Below are positions 49,487 to 58,748 of a stretch of 64,000 bases of DNA, piece after piece (position 1 is the stretch's first letter; each line of letters starts with the position of its first letter). The stretch spans positions 224,001 to 288,000 of the forward strand of contig JANRKS010000040.1 in NCBI GenBank assembly GCA_033763315.1. Reading direction: 5' to 3'. This DNA comes from Deltaproteobacteria bacterium (GTDB lineage: Bacteria; Myxococcota_A; Polyangia; Fen-1088). A program made the translations under genes and the position numbers. Under the pieces are notes generated by a model that saw only the letters and a program-made list of their open reading frames with translations, was not told the origin of the DNA and ran no database searches.

Positions 49487-50836
49487 TCAGCGAAGCAGGG
49501 CCGTGTAAGCCCCCGCGTTGCTGTCGGGGCGCCCCAGGGCATCCATCTGTATGCCCAATCCCTGCAAGACTGCCGTGATAACGTCGCACACCGAACGTCC
49601 CTTGAGGTCATGATCACTGCCCACAGCAAACACGCTGCTGCCACCCGAAACCGAAACCGGTAGGTCATTGGTTGCGTGACCGTTGTTGTTCGACTCGCTC
49701 AGCCGCAACACCACGGTTTGATCGAGCAAGGTCTGCCCGCCCATGTCTATCTCGGCCAAACGATCCAACAAGAAGGCAAGCTGCTCTTCGTACCATTGAT
49801 AAAGCATCTGGCGATCCGCAAAGGATACATCCTTTGGATGCTCTTTGGGATGTGAAAGGCGATGATGATAAACACCTTTGAGTTTTCTGTTGGGCAACCA
49901 ATCGGGCACAGTGGTGGGGCCGGTGGTGCCCCAGTGAAATGTGATCGCGCGCGTGGTCCCGGCAGCCAGCGCCGCCGCAGCAATGCGCATATTCGCCTCG
50001 CCGACCACGTTAAAGTTTTTGTCGTCCTGATAGAAGGCTGCTTCACCCCAACGATTGTCGAGCTTCGGTAACGCAGACGGCGATGCCATACCCATGCCTT
50101 GTTCCAGCATCGCTTTCGTGCGCTTCTCCACAGCGCGCACGCTTGTAAGGTAGGCGTCCAGGCTGTCGCGACCGCTGCTTCCCACGGCTTCGCATGTGCG
50201 CTTTAGTTCAGGCACCAGCGAATCAAGCAAGCTGCCCCGCATCAGCAAGGTGCGGCGCGTTCTCTCGCGCGCAGCCAGGGCGTCGGCGTCGTTGCCCGAC
50301 GGCGCTAGGCCCGACAGCAGATCTGCGTAGCTCTTGACCGGGTTGTACGAAGGCACGCGCGGTTTGCCGCGTGACTCGAAACTGATGTAGCGGACGCCAT
50401 CCTTCATGTTGGAGCCCCACGAGCCGAGCTCGTAGGTGGGGAAGATCGCGCTGCCACCCAAGACAGAGCCCACAATTTGATCGGCGGAACGCCCTGCAGG
50501 CACCTTCACGCCGTTGGCCACGCGGTCAGGTCCGTTCTGTCCGCCCGTCAGCAATGTCCGCGGACCGTTGGGATGCTCTTCGCTGCCATACTCCCGCTCG
50601 TACGCCGTGTGCTGGCTGTTCGTGATGACGGCAACGTTTTTGCGATGGCGTGCGAGCAGCGTCTTGCGTGAGCCCGCGGGATCCGTCGGAGAGCCGTCAG
50701 GCACCCAGAACACGATGAGGTTCTTGACGCCCGACGCGGGGGCCGCACGTGTGACCTGCGGCAACAAAGGCAGCGCCAGGGGCAAAGAACTGGCGCCAAC
50801 GAGAAACTTGCGACGATTGATGTGTGTGAGGCTCAT
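49487..50836 (-). CDS. DUF1552 Tat-exported protein (copy 4)
   Basis: INRRKFLVG, SADQ, HHRLSH, SESNNNGH. Confidence 0.85.
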   Translation of the reverse strand: MSLTHINRRKFLVGASSLPLALPLLPQVTRAAPASGVKNLIVFWVPDGSPTDPAGSRKTLLARHRKNVAVITNSQHTAYEREYGSEEHPNGPRTLLTGGQNGPDRVANGVKVPAGRSADQIVGSVLGGSAIFPTYELGSWGSNMKDGVRYISFESRGKPRVPSYNPVKSYADLLSGLAPSGNDADALAARERTRRTLLMRGSLLDSLVPELKRTCEAVGSSGRDSLDAYLTSVRAVEKRTKAMLEQGMGMASPSALPKLDNRWGEAAFYQDDKNFNVVGEANMRIAAAALAAGTTRAITFHWGTTGPTTVPDWLPNRKLKGVYHHRLSHPKEHPKDVSFADRQMLYQWYEEQLAFLLDRLAEIDMGGQTLLDQTVVLRLSESNNNGHATNDLPVSVSGGSSVFAVGSDHDLKGRSVCDVITAVLQGLGIQMDALGRPDSNAGAYTALLR

Positions 50837-50851
50837 GATGGTTCTCCTGCT

Positions 50852-52576
50852 TCAAATCGAAGTGGTGCACGTGCGCTGTTCATTGGCTGGGCGTTCACTT
50901 CGCGTGCGAAACGAGCGCGTCTGAACCACGGAGATTAGAAGTTCGCGAACGTCTAGCTTCGCGCTGCGGAACGCTTCTACAGCGTCGTTCATGCTGCTCA
51001 CGTCAAGGGGGCCTTCAACGCGGCCCACGGCAAAGCGGAACCACTGCCGCGCATAGCAATAGGGGCCATCCACGCCCGAAAGCAGGCGTCGCCCAAGTTC
51101 CTCGGATCCCGTGAAGACGCCGTCAATTTCGACGGAGTCGGCGATGTTTCCATCTACTTTACGCCCGGTCGTGCTTCGCTCTTCCCCGAGTGATCCGTAA
51201 AGTTCAAGACCAAGACCCAGCGGCTCGAACGAACGGTGGCAGCCACCACATACAGGATGCGAAAGGCGATCCTCCACCTCCATCTCGGCCACGTTGGGCG
51301 GCACCTTCGGTAGCTCACGGCACAAGACACGTTCGAACAACGTCACGGCCCGTGTGATCGGATTCGAATCCCTCTCGGTGGCATGACCCGCTAAGAAGCT
51401 GGCGTGACCAAACATGCCGGCGCGCTTGACGCTGGCGTCGAAGGGTGTTGGTTGATCCACGCCGCGCGGGCTTGGCACGCCGTAAAGTTTTGCAAGCTCG
51501 GGCGTAAGAAACGAATACCGCGCCGTGAGAAGATCGGTGAGACCGCCGTTGCCGTCGAAAACCACGTGCTTCACGAACTTGTCCGACTCTGTGGCCATGG
51601 CAGTCTTCAATGCTTCGGTAAAGCGGGGATCCTCTCTTTGCGCCTCATCCAGATGGCCGCGTTCCAGCCACTGTGCATGAAAGGCCTGGATGACCACGGC
51701 TGCGCGCGGATCGGCAAGCAGACGACGCGCCTGTGACGCCATTACTTCGGGCTTCAGTATCTCACCAGATTGGGCGGCGGCGAGGAGTTCGCTGTCGGGG
51801 CCACTTCGCCACAGGAAGAACGCCAAACGGGACGCCAACGCAAAGGCGTCCAGGTGCACGAGGCGTGGCTCATTTGACGATGCGCCAGCCTCAGGCTCAA
51901 TCTTGTGGAGGAATTGCGGCGACAGTAACAACCGAGCGATCACCAAAGCGGCTGCCTCGCGTGCCGTCGCCGTGAACTCTGTGCGCGCGCGATCATAGAG
52001 TCCAAGCATCTGCGACTTGCCGTCCGCATCAAGTGGCCTGCGCAACAAGCGAGCCGCGAAGGTATCGAGGAATTTCTCGACGCACGCACGGTCGCCCTTC
52101 GCAAGGTCGCAGTTCAGCTTGTCGCTAAGCGGCCTGTCGAGCAGCGCCGCAGCCACCGTCTCGGCGGCCGTCTGATAAGCAGCGAAAGCGGTGTCTGTCA
52201 TCGCGAAGGACTGGCCAACGAAACCCGTGCCCGCGGCGTCGCCTTCGTCGTCTGGCAACGATAGCTGTGCGGGAATCGCTCCGAACACGTCGGTAAGAAT
52301 GTTGCGATATTCCATGGATGAAATGCGCGCTAACCCGTCGAAGCCTTCGCCGTGAAAGTCAAACACTCCTTTTTCCGCGTTGGGATCCACAACAACGGGC
52401 CCTTCGGGCCGAGGGCCGGGCGGCTGCGGTGAATTGGGCGATTTGGGGGCCCTGGGATCGTCGCCGCCTCCAGGGCCGTCGGGCCGTTGGACGGTACCTG
52501 TGCAAGCACAAAAGTAGGCGATCCCAAACGTGAAACTGAGTGAGAGGCCGCGTGCGCGAAACGAACTTAAGTTCAT
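50852..52576 (-). CDS. DUF1592-family CxxCH lipoprotein (copy 4)
   Basis: GGAGA RBS, lipobox FCAC, LLRRPL, LASRLAFFLW, CGGCH. Confidence 0.85.
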   Translation of the reverse strand: MNLSSFRARGLSLSFTFGIAYFCACTGTVQRPDGPGGGDDPRAPKSPNSPQPPGPRPEGPVVVDPNAEKGVFDFHGEGFDGLARISSMEYRNILTDVFGAIPAQLSLPDDEGDAAGTGFVGQSFAMTDTAFAAYQTAAETVAAALLDRPLSDKLNCDLAKGDRACVEKFLDTFAARLLRRPLDADGKSQMLGLYDRARTEFTATAREAAALVIARLLLSPQFLHKIEPEAGASSNEPRLVHLDAFALASRLAFFLWRSGPDSELLAAAQSGEILKPEVMASQARRLLADPRAAVVIQAFHAQWLERGHLDEAQREDPRFTEALKTAMATESDKFVKHVVFDGNGGLTDLLTARYSFLTPELAKLYGVPSPRGVDQPTPFDASVKRAGMFGHASFLAGHATERDSNPITRAVTLFERVLCRELPKVPPNVAEMEVEDRLSHPVCGGCHRSFEPLGLGLELYGSLGEERSTTGRKVDGNIADSVEIDGVFTGSEELGRRLLSGVDGPYCYARQWFRFAVGRVEGPLDVSSMNDAVEAFRSAKLDVRELLISVVQTRSFRTRSERPANEQRTCTTSI

Positions 52577-52638
52577 TGATGATTCTCCGCTGTTGGAGGC
52601 TGCAGATTGAGGGCACACCAAGTGGGCCCCTGATGGTT

Positions 52639-52665
52639 ATGCCCGCCTCATCGGTTTCGGATCAC
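52639..52665 (-). promoter_or_regulatory. Putative ECF sigma promoter of module copy 4
   Basis: Minus strand reads GTGATCCG-aaaccgatgaggc-GGGCAT, with the same boxes and spacing as 54806-54832. Confidence 0.65.
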
Positions 52666-52698
52666 GAGTCGCGAAGAAAAACACGCGATCGATCGCGT

Positions 52699-53406
52699 TT
52701 ACGGAATTGTTGTGATGCGAACGTCGTCAACGATCCAACCGCGCGCGTCCCGATTCCCTGAGGAGCCAAACACGAAGCGAACCCAGAAGGGCTTCGTGGC
52801 GAACAGTGCCGGCAAAGTGAACTGTGGGTTCAGCCACCCGCGGTTGCGGCTGCCCCAGGCTGCGTGCCCAATGTATGAACCAACGATCTCAGGCGCGCTG
52901 CACTTCTTTGGATCAGCGGCAAGTTGTCCGTTGTAGGGATCTCGGCTGGGGGACGCCAAATCCGTCCACGATAAGCCTGCGTCGAATGAGATCTGCAAGA
53001 ACCCACCGTCGGGCGGTGAGGTGGCGTCGCCCGGGTTGTTAAAATCGCGCCAATGCCAGAACGACAGCGTCGCGGCGCCGCTGCATCCAACAAGATCAAC
53101 TTCCGGAGACACCAAGACCGCCGCAGAACATCCGGGGTAGCCTTCCGCCAATGAAGCGCCAAAACATTGCGTGCCGTCGTGGCAAGCGGGATCCAAAGAG
53201 GCGCCGTGTTGCCAAGGGTTCAATGCGCCTTCTACCAGCGGGGCCGCCACCCAACTTTGTGCACCACCCTCAAAGGTGAAGGCCCACGTGCAAAGCGGCG
53301 GGGCGGTGGCGCCTACGCCCAACACTGTGGGTGAGGCTTCACAACCTAGAAGGCAGCTGGCGGCGGCGATGGCAAGAAGGCGCACGCCATCACCTTGAAC
53401 TTGCAT
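52699..53406 (-). CDS. Lipoprotein with jelly-roll (MAM/immune-inhibitor-A-associated-like) domain
   Basis: Lipobox LLGC. FTFEGG, LVSPEVDL, LSFWHW, DGGFLQIS, GWIVDDVRIT. Start uncertain (53406 or 53385). Confidence 0.65.
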   Translation of the reverse strand: MQVQGDGVRLLAIAAASCLLGCEASPTVLGVGATAPPLCTWAFTFEGGAQSWVAAPLVEGALNPWQHGASLDPACHDGTQCFGASLAEGYPGCSAAVLVSPEVDLVGCSGAATLSFWHWRDFNNPGDATSPPDGGFLQISFDAGLSWTDLASPSRDPYNGQLAADPKKCSAPEIVGSYIGHAAWGSRNRGWLNPQFTLPALFATKPFWVRFVFGSSGNRDARGWIVDDVRITTIP

Positions 53407-54169
53407 CGCCTTGCTGCAACGACTTAAGCAACGACTGCACCCTTTGTGTATACGGCGAGCCATCTTTGCGGCGCAAGAAAGTCGCGCCTGCTTGCAGAGC
53501 CGCCTCCCGTTGCCCCGCAAGAGCCAGCGCCTCGATCTGCAACACATCAACTTCAACTCCGAGCGCGTTTGGCCTGAAAGCACGCCGATGGTTCGCAAGG
53601 CGTCGCAGCGCGGCCGCACCGTCTTTCGCTTCCACGGCCGCGCGTATTTGTTCGACGCTTGCCAGCTCGGCGGCAAGTGGCGCTTGGGACCCGGCGTTGT
53701 TACGCGCAAGGGCGAGCTTAGCGTGGCGACGGGGCCCAACCTGCGCGGGCAAGGCTTGTGACGTCACGGGGTGAACAGACAGGGGCGCAAGTGGCTGCGC
53801 TTGCATGGGCGCTGTTTCATTTACATAGGGAGCCACCTGCGCGGCCTTTGGCTTTGTTGTGGCGTTGGGGCCGAGCGAACGCACGACGCGCAAGCCTCCC
53901 ACCGCCAGCGCTCCACCCGCGAGCAACACAGAAACCACCTTCGTGGCCACTACTATGCCCTGTGCGGCCTTGCCAGCCCCCGCCGCCGCGCCGGCAAGCT
54001 TCGCCACCGCCGGCCCCCCCAAACCCAGGCCTCCGGCCACACCAAGACCCGCCAAGATCCGGCCGCGTTGCTGTCGATTCAAGCCATCGCTTCGCGTGGA
54101 ACGCAGCAGAGCCATCTGTAAGGGCGAGCCCTTTTTTCTGAGGCGTTCTGGATCGCGTTCGTCGGTCAT
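53390..54169 (-). CDS. Putative single-TM anti-sigma factor
   Basis: ATGA-coupled to the sigma gene. Gly/Ala-rich N-terminus, TM segment, Pro-rich linker, TPR-like C-terminal domain (ELASVEQIRAA...EVDVLQIEAL). Confidence 0.65.
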   Translation of the reverse strand: MTDERDPERLRKKGSPLQMALLRSTRSDGLNRQQRGRILAGLGVAGGLGLGGPAVAKLAGAAAGAGKAAQGIVVATKVVSVLLAGGALAVGGLRVVRSLGPNATTKPKAAQVAPYVNETAPMQAQPLAPLSVHPVTSQALPAQVGPRRHAKLALARNNAGSQAPLAAELASVEQIRAAVEAKDGAAALRRLANHRRAFRPNALGVEVDVLQIEALALAGQREAALQAGATFLRRKDGSPYTQRVQSLLKSLQQGDASSR

Positions 54170-54798
54170 GCCGTGCCTCCTGAATCTCCCTCGGCCGTCG
54201 CATCTGCACATTGGTTCTGAAAGTCTTCGCGTGCCCGCCGCAGCCTTGAAGCGGCCGTGCCGCGCGGAATTTCCAACGCTGACGCGATCTCTGTAAGTGA
54301 CAGCTCTTCGAGCTCAAACAATACAAACACGGCGCGCAGGTCGGCATCCATGCGATCAAGAATCGTATCCAGCAGATCCCGCATTTGCGCTTGCTCTGCC
54401 GCTCGTTCAGGCGTTTGCACGCCGGGTGAAGGCAAGTGCCCCACCGCTTCGCGGGTGCGCTCCCGGCGGGCCTGCGCACGGCGCTCGTGCGAAGCCACCC
54501 GCGTCGCGACGGCTATCAAGAAGCCGCGTTCTTGTTCCGGGTGGATTGCGTTCAACTTGCCGTTCGCGGTGAGAAACACTTTCTGCACGGCATCCTCAAT
54601 ATCGGTGGGCGGAACGCCTAGCCTGCGAACCGTCCGCGCCACTAGGTCTATGTGGCGGGCCACCAACTTGCGAAACCGACGCGAAGGACGCACAGGTTCC
54701 GTGGGGCGCTCCGGCAGGGGTGCCTCCTCGGGCGACGTTGGCAGTGTTACGACGCGGCTCACGATAATGCAGCTCGGCACCCAGACGGGTGCGTTCAC
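54166..54798 (-). CDS. ECF sigma-70 factor
   Basis: DIEDAVQKVFL (region 2), RAVFVLFELEELSLTEIA...GTAASRLRRAR (region 4). Start uncertain. Confidence 0.9.
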   Translation of the reverse strand: MNAPVWVPSCIIVSRVVTLPTSPEEAPLPERPTEPVRPSRRFRKLVARHIDLVARTVRRLGVPPTDIEDAVQKVFLTANGKLNAIHPEQERGFLIAVATRVASHERRAQARRERTREAVGHLPSPGVQTPERAAEQAQMRDLLDTILDRMDADLRAVFVLFELEELSLTEIASALEIPRGTAASRLRRAREDFQNQCADATAEGDSGGTA

Positions 54799-54805
54799 GA
54801 AGGAG

Positions 54806-54832
54806 ATGCCCAGCAAATCGATAACGGATCAC
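54806..54832 (-). promoter_or_regulatory. Putative autoregulatory ECF promoter of the sigma gene
   Basis: Minus strand reads GTGATCCG-ttatcgatttgct-GGGCAT. Confidence 0.65.
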
Positions 54833-54837
54833 GGCGC

Positions 54838-55836
54838 CTAAAAAATTACGCCGACGTCCACCATCGCCACCGCCCCCAAACCGGGCGTTTGGTACAGGAG
54901 GACATCGGGAGATCGAAACACGAACTGATGACGCAGCAGCGGCATCGCGGCGCCGCCCACCACGCGAATGAAAAACGGGCCGCCTGGATGCACTGACATT
55001 TGTACTGTTGCCTCAACTGAGAGCCACAGCCGCGTCGCGTCCCGAGGCTGCGCCAAGTCCAATCCCTGGCCACGGATGGCACCAACGTTTAGGCCCAGGC
55101 AAGGGCCCCGCAGCATGAAAGGCGGGCGGTTGAACGCAGCCGCGCACGCGGACAGGGCGCCAGCCGTCCAATCAAAGCGCGCGCGGCCCGCATCCGCTTG
55201 TAACGGCAGCTCGGTGCGTGGTGCGTGCGCCACCATCACGCCCACCGCCGGAGACCACTGCCACTTTTGCTCTGTATGCGAGCGCGCCCACCACAACGAC
55301 AGCCCTGCGCCCATCGCCAAGCTGCGCCACAGATCTGTGCGCCCCACGCCTGTCGCGCTTAGCCGCCATTGGGAGAGTGGGCGTTTAGGCACAGTCGGTG
55401 GCGAAGTCTGGGCCGGGGCAGTCACCCGTCGTTGTGAACCATCCTCCGCTGCCTTGTGGTTCACCCCTTCGCCTGTACGTGGGTCCACCGCCAACACCAC
55501 CATTAGGGCCAGGGCCGACACCACCGCCTCGCAGGCACCGTCGCGCACATGCCGAACCGAGTCCTCAGCTGGCCCGGCCCGCAGGTTCCCCATGTAGCCA
55601 TCATCTAAGTGTTTCACTGTCACGAAAAACACGTTCTCCGTCTGTGATGCCTCCGTGATCACGATCCGAGGTGAACGGCGCAAGACCTCTTGCGCCACGA
55701 CTGCGTTCGGCGGGCATTCCGGCGGCGCTTGATAGTCGATAGCTATCGCAATCGGTGTCTGGCCCGTCGCCCGCGCGACGTTGTTGGCGAGCAGGACCCC
55801 GAGAAGGGGCAGCCAAACACGTGCCGCAAAAGTCAT
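54838..55836 (-). CDS. Secreted protein with disulfide N-domain and probable C-terminal beta-barrel
   Basis: Signal peptide, ECP...ACEAVVSALAL, Pro-rich linker, alternating beta-strands ending in a terminal Phe (VDVGVIF). Confidence 0.6.
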   Translation of the reverse strand: MTFAARVWLPLLGVLLANNVARATGQTPIAIAIDYQAPPECPPNAVVAQEVLRRSPRIVITEASQTENVFFVTVKHLDDGYMGNLRAGPAEDSVRHVRDGACEAVVSALALMVVLAVDPRTGEGVNHKAAEDGSQRRVTAPAQTSPPTVPKRPLSQWRLSATGVGRTDLWRSLAMGAGLSLWWARSHTEQKWQWSPAVGVMVAHAPRTELPLQADAGRARFDWTAGALSACAAAFNRPPFMLRGPCLGLNVGAIRGQGLDLAQPRDATRLWLSVEATVQMSVHPGGPFFIRVVGGAAMPLLRHQFVFRSPDVLLYQTPGLGAVAMVDVGVIF

Positions 55837-56015
55837 CGATGATGCCGCAAGATGCGCTTTCAAAACACATGGCCCCCCTCCACCGTGTAGGGGTTGGGAC
55901 GGTCCACCAAACACCTGACGGGCACGGCGAAGGGTCAAGTTTGCATTTTATCCCAAATACGGCTGAGTTTCGTGGGAAGTCGAGACGCCACCTCCGTTCG
56001 TGGCTACCTTCAGGG

Positions 56016-57674
56016 ATGGATCCACATTCCTTGCGTCTTCTACGGGTGTTTTGTGCTTTTGGAACTTTGGCGGCCTTTTGCGTTGAGGCGGCCGCATGGG
56101 CCGGCGATCCACCTGCGCTTTATCCGTACCTGATCGAGGCCAACCGGGCGCAGGTCGTGATGCTCGCAGAGCGCGAGTTGTTGCCACACGACCAACTTCG
56201 CCGCATCGCGGGTGCGCTGAAGACAGCGGCTACCGAGCCCGCTGCACCAGGCGTACAGAGATCACCCAATTACCTTGCATTGGAGGCGCGTCTGGTCGAG
56301 CTCATCGGACCCGAAGCGTCCAACATTCACGTTGGCCGCAGCCGAAACGATCTTGGGGAGACGATGAACCGCATGTGGTTGCGTGACCAAGTGTTGCGAA
56401 TCGCTGAGGCGCTTTTCAGCGTTCGCTCCACGCTGCAGAAAGTGGCAGGCGCTCATTTGGAAACCGTCATGCCTGGCTTCACTCAAGCGGTGCAGGCGCA
56501 GCCAACGACCGTCGCACATTTTCTGCTCGCCCTTGACAGCTCGCTCGAACGAGACGGTCAACGTCTGCGAGAGCTTTACAAACGTATCAATCGCAGCCCG
56601 TTGGGCAGTGGCGCCTTCACGACCTCGGGGTTCCCCCTTGATCGCGTTCGATTGGCAGACCTTTTGGCGTTCGACGGTCTCATAGAGAACTCCTACGACG
56701 CGATCATGGTCTCTGCGGCAGACAGCAAGGTGGAATTCTCCATGGTGATTGGCCTTTCGGCGATAAACATCGGGCGCTTTGCCCAGTCGCTCGTCTTCCA
56801 GTACGACGACCCCTCTGCCGGAATGGTGCTTGACGGTCCTATCACGACCCACAGCAGCGCGATGCCGCAAAAGCGTAACCCGAGTGCACTCGAGCGGCTT
56901 CGCCTCGGCGCAAGCGAGGTTCTGGCGAACGCACACGCCTCGGCCATGTTTTCCCACAACACGCCCATGTACGAGGTGAAGGACGTACGCGAGGACCACC
57001 TCATCCGGCTCATCCGCTTCGCAGATGAGGCCGTCGCGATGTTCGAGAGTCTCAAGGCGGTACTTGAATCCTTAACGATTCGCCGTGACGTCCTACGCAA
57101 CCTAGTGGACGGCGACTACTCCACCATGTCAGAGCTGGCCGATACCCTCTTGCGGCAGGCGAATGTGCCCTTTCGCACGGGATACAAGGTGGCCTCCGAG
57201 CTGACGACCTACGGAAAAGCCAAAGGCAAAAAAACCGCGGAGCTAACACTGCAAGAGGTGTCGGAGATCTTCCATCGTTTGACAGGCGCTGCGTTTCCCC
57301 TCTCGGAAGCACAACTTCGGCAGGCCTTTGATCCCGCAGCACTCATCGCCAATCGCAAAGGCCGCGGCGGGCCGCAACCCGCTGAGACCGCACGCATGTT
57401 GCGCGTGCAACAGCAAGACGTGGCGCAGGCGCGCCTGTGGGTTCAAGGATGCCGTAAGGCGTCCCAGAATGCCTCCTGGCGGCTACAGCGAAGCTTCGAC
57501 GCGTTGGTGCGTTGGTGCGTTGAGGCTTTGCTCGGCCAGGGCCTTGGTGGCGTTGCCGGCGACGATTTGCCGGATTGCATGTCGCAGCAACCCGCCGTCA
57601 GGGCAAAGGCCACGAAACCAGCTCGAGCCTCCGGCCTTGACATACGTATGCGGATACGTATTCTTGAGGCATGA
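56016..57674 (+). CDS. Argininosuccinate-lyase-superfamily protein with N-terminal signal peptide
   Basis: HVGRSRND, SPLGSGA, SSAMPQKRNP, VPFRTGY. Signal-like MDPHSLRLLR...AAAWA. C-terminal read-through extension. Confidence 0.8.
   Translation: MDPHSLRLLRVFCAFGTLAAFCVEAAAWAGDPPALYPYLIEANRAQVVMLAERELLPHDQLRRIAGALKTAATEPAAPGVQRSPNYLALEARLVELIGPEASNIHVGRSRNDLGETMNRMWLRDQVLRIAEALFSVRSTLQKVAGAHLETVMPGFTQAVQAQPTTVAHFLLALDSSLERDGQRLRELYKRINRSPLGSGAFTTSGFPLDRVRLADLLAFDGLIENSYDAIMVSAADSKVEFSMVIGLSAINIGRFAQSLVFQYDDPSAGMVLDGPITTHSSAMPQKRNPSALERLRLGASEVLANAHASAMFSHNTPMYEVKDVREDHLIRLIRFADEAVAMFESLKAVLESLTIRRDVLRNLVDGDYSTMSELADTLLRQANVPFRTGYKVASELTTYGKAKGKKTAELTLQEVSEIFHRLTGAAFPLSEAQLRQAFDPAALIANRKGRGGPQPAETARMLRVQQQDVAQARLWVQGCRKASQNASWRLQRSFDALVRWCVEALLGQGLGGVAGDDLPDCMSQQPAVRAKATKPARASGLDIRMRIRILEA
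57501..57523 (+). repeat. 8-bp tandem repeat at the expected stop codon
   Basis: GCGTTGGT GCGTTGGT GCGTTGA. Confidence 0.8.
57637..57664 (+). promoter_or_regulatory. sigma70 promoter with two palindromic operators (vapBC)
   Basis: TTGACA-N16-TATTCT. ATACGTAT at 57642-57649 and 57654-57661. Confidence 0.75.
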
Positions 57675-57913
57675 GAACCACCCTCGTCCTCGACGACAAC
57701 TTGTTCAAGAAGGCGCGGGAACGAGCGACCGCGTCAAACAGCACCATCAGCGACGTCGTAAACGAAGCCTTGCGTGAAGCGTTGGCCAAACCTCCTCTAA
57801 CGGCAACACCATTCGAAATGCTGACATTTGCCGGAGGCGACAAGAAAATGCATGAGCCAAGCGATTTCGCGGAACTGCTATCCTTGGATGACTCCGCATC
57901 GCTGGGACGCTGA
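57671..57913 (+). CDS. vapB: VapB-type ribbon-helix-helix antitoxin
   Basis: MRTTLVLDDNL...TISDVVNEALR, directly upstream of a PIN gene. Confidence 0.88.
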   Translation: MRTTLVLDDNLFKKARERATASNSTISDVVNEALREALAKPPLTATPFEMLTFAGGDKKMHEPSDFAELLSLDDSASLGR

Positions 57914-57916
57914 ATC

Positions 57917-58351
57917 GTGTTGATGCCCGACGTGAATGTGTTGGTTTATGCCCACCGACAAGACGAGGTTGTTCACGAGGCTTACAAGCATTGGTTGGAT
58001 GCGATGGTACAAGGACCACAGCCTTTCGCATTAAGCGTGTTGGTTGCGGTGGCATTCGTTCGCATCTGTACGAATCCACGCATCTATAAAGTGCCAACAC
58101 CACTTCCAATCGCGCTGGCTTCGGTCGATCAGATTGCCAACCATCCTAACTGCCGGATCATGTCACCCGACACCAACCATTGGCAGCTCGTCTCACAGTT
58201 GTGTCGGACAACCAATGCGACAGGAAAGCTCGTAGCAGATGCCCAGCATGCAGCCCTCGCAATTGCGGAAGGCTGCACTTTTGTAACGCGCGACTCTGAC
58301 TTCGCGAAGTTCGCTAACCACGGTTTAACGTGGAAGCATTTGGTGTTCTAG
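57917..58351 (+). CDS. vapC: VapC PIN-domain toxin
   Basis: PDVNVLVYA, DAQHAALAI, VTRDSDFAKF. Confidence 0.9.
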   Translation: MLMPDVNVLVYAHRQDEVVHEAYKHWLDAMVQGPQPFALSVLVAVAFVRICTNPRIYKVPTPLPIALASVDQIANHPNCRIMSPDTNHWQLVSQLCRTTNATGKLVADAQHAALAIAEGCTFVTRDSDFAKFANHGLTWKHLVF

Positions 58352-58401
58352 CCGCAAGAGCCGCACATTACACATGCGCGTACGCTTCGGCGGTTCGGTG
58401 A

Positions 58402-58716
58402 TCAAGGTGTGTCACACAGTTGGCTGGCACGCAAAGGCTGCTGTGGGATAGCGGCAAACAACAAAGCGCGGTGAACGCGCACGTGCTCTACCAGGGCACG
58501 CCCCTCGTGTCCCGGCAACGCTACCAGGTGCAAGTGGACGTGTGGGATCAAGACGACAAGCTAGCGAGCGCCCACGAGCCCGCGTTCTTTGAGACGGCGT
58601 TCCTGCAACCGCACGAGTGGCAAGCGCGGTGGATCGGCAAAGACAAGCCCCCCAAAGACGTGCCCGTACTTCTTCGGAAAGCGTTCCGAATCGACAAACG
58701 TGTGCGCAACGCGCGG
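58402..58716 (+). pseudogene. Fragment of GH78 alpha-L-rhamnosidase N-terminal region
   Basis: LWDSGK...YQGTPLVSRQRY..QVDVWD...FETA...WQARWIG...LLRKAF, about 100 aa. No start and no catalytic domain. Confidence 0.7.
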
Positions 58717-58748
58717 AAGCCCGTGACGGGTTCGATTATGATGAAGAC

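Noticed and set aside
55755-56015. N-terminal 87 aa of the ORF-track lyase
   Set aside because: It overlaps the divergent gene and promoter region. The ATG at 56016 gives a clean signal peptide.
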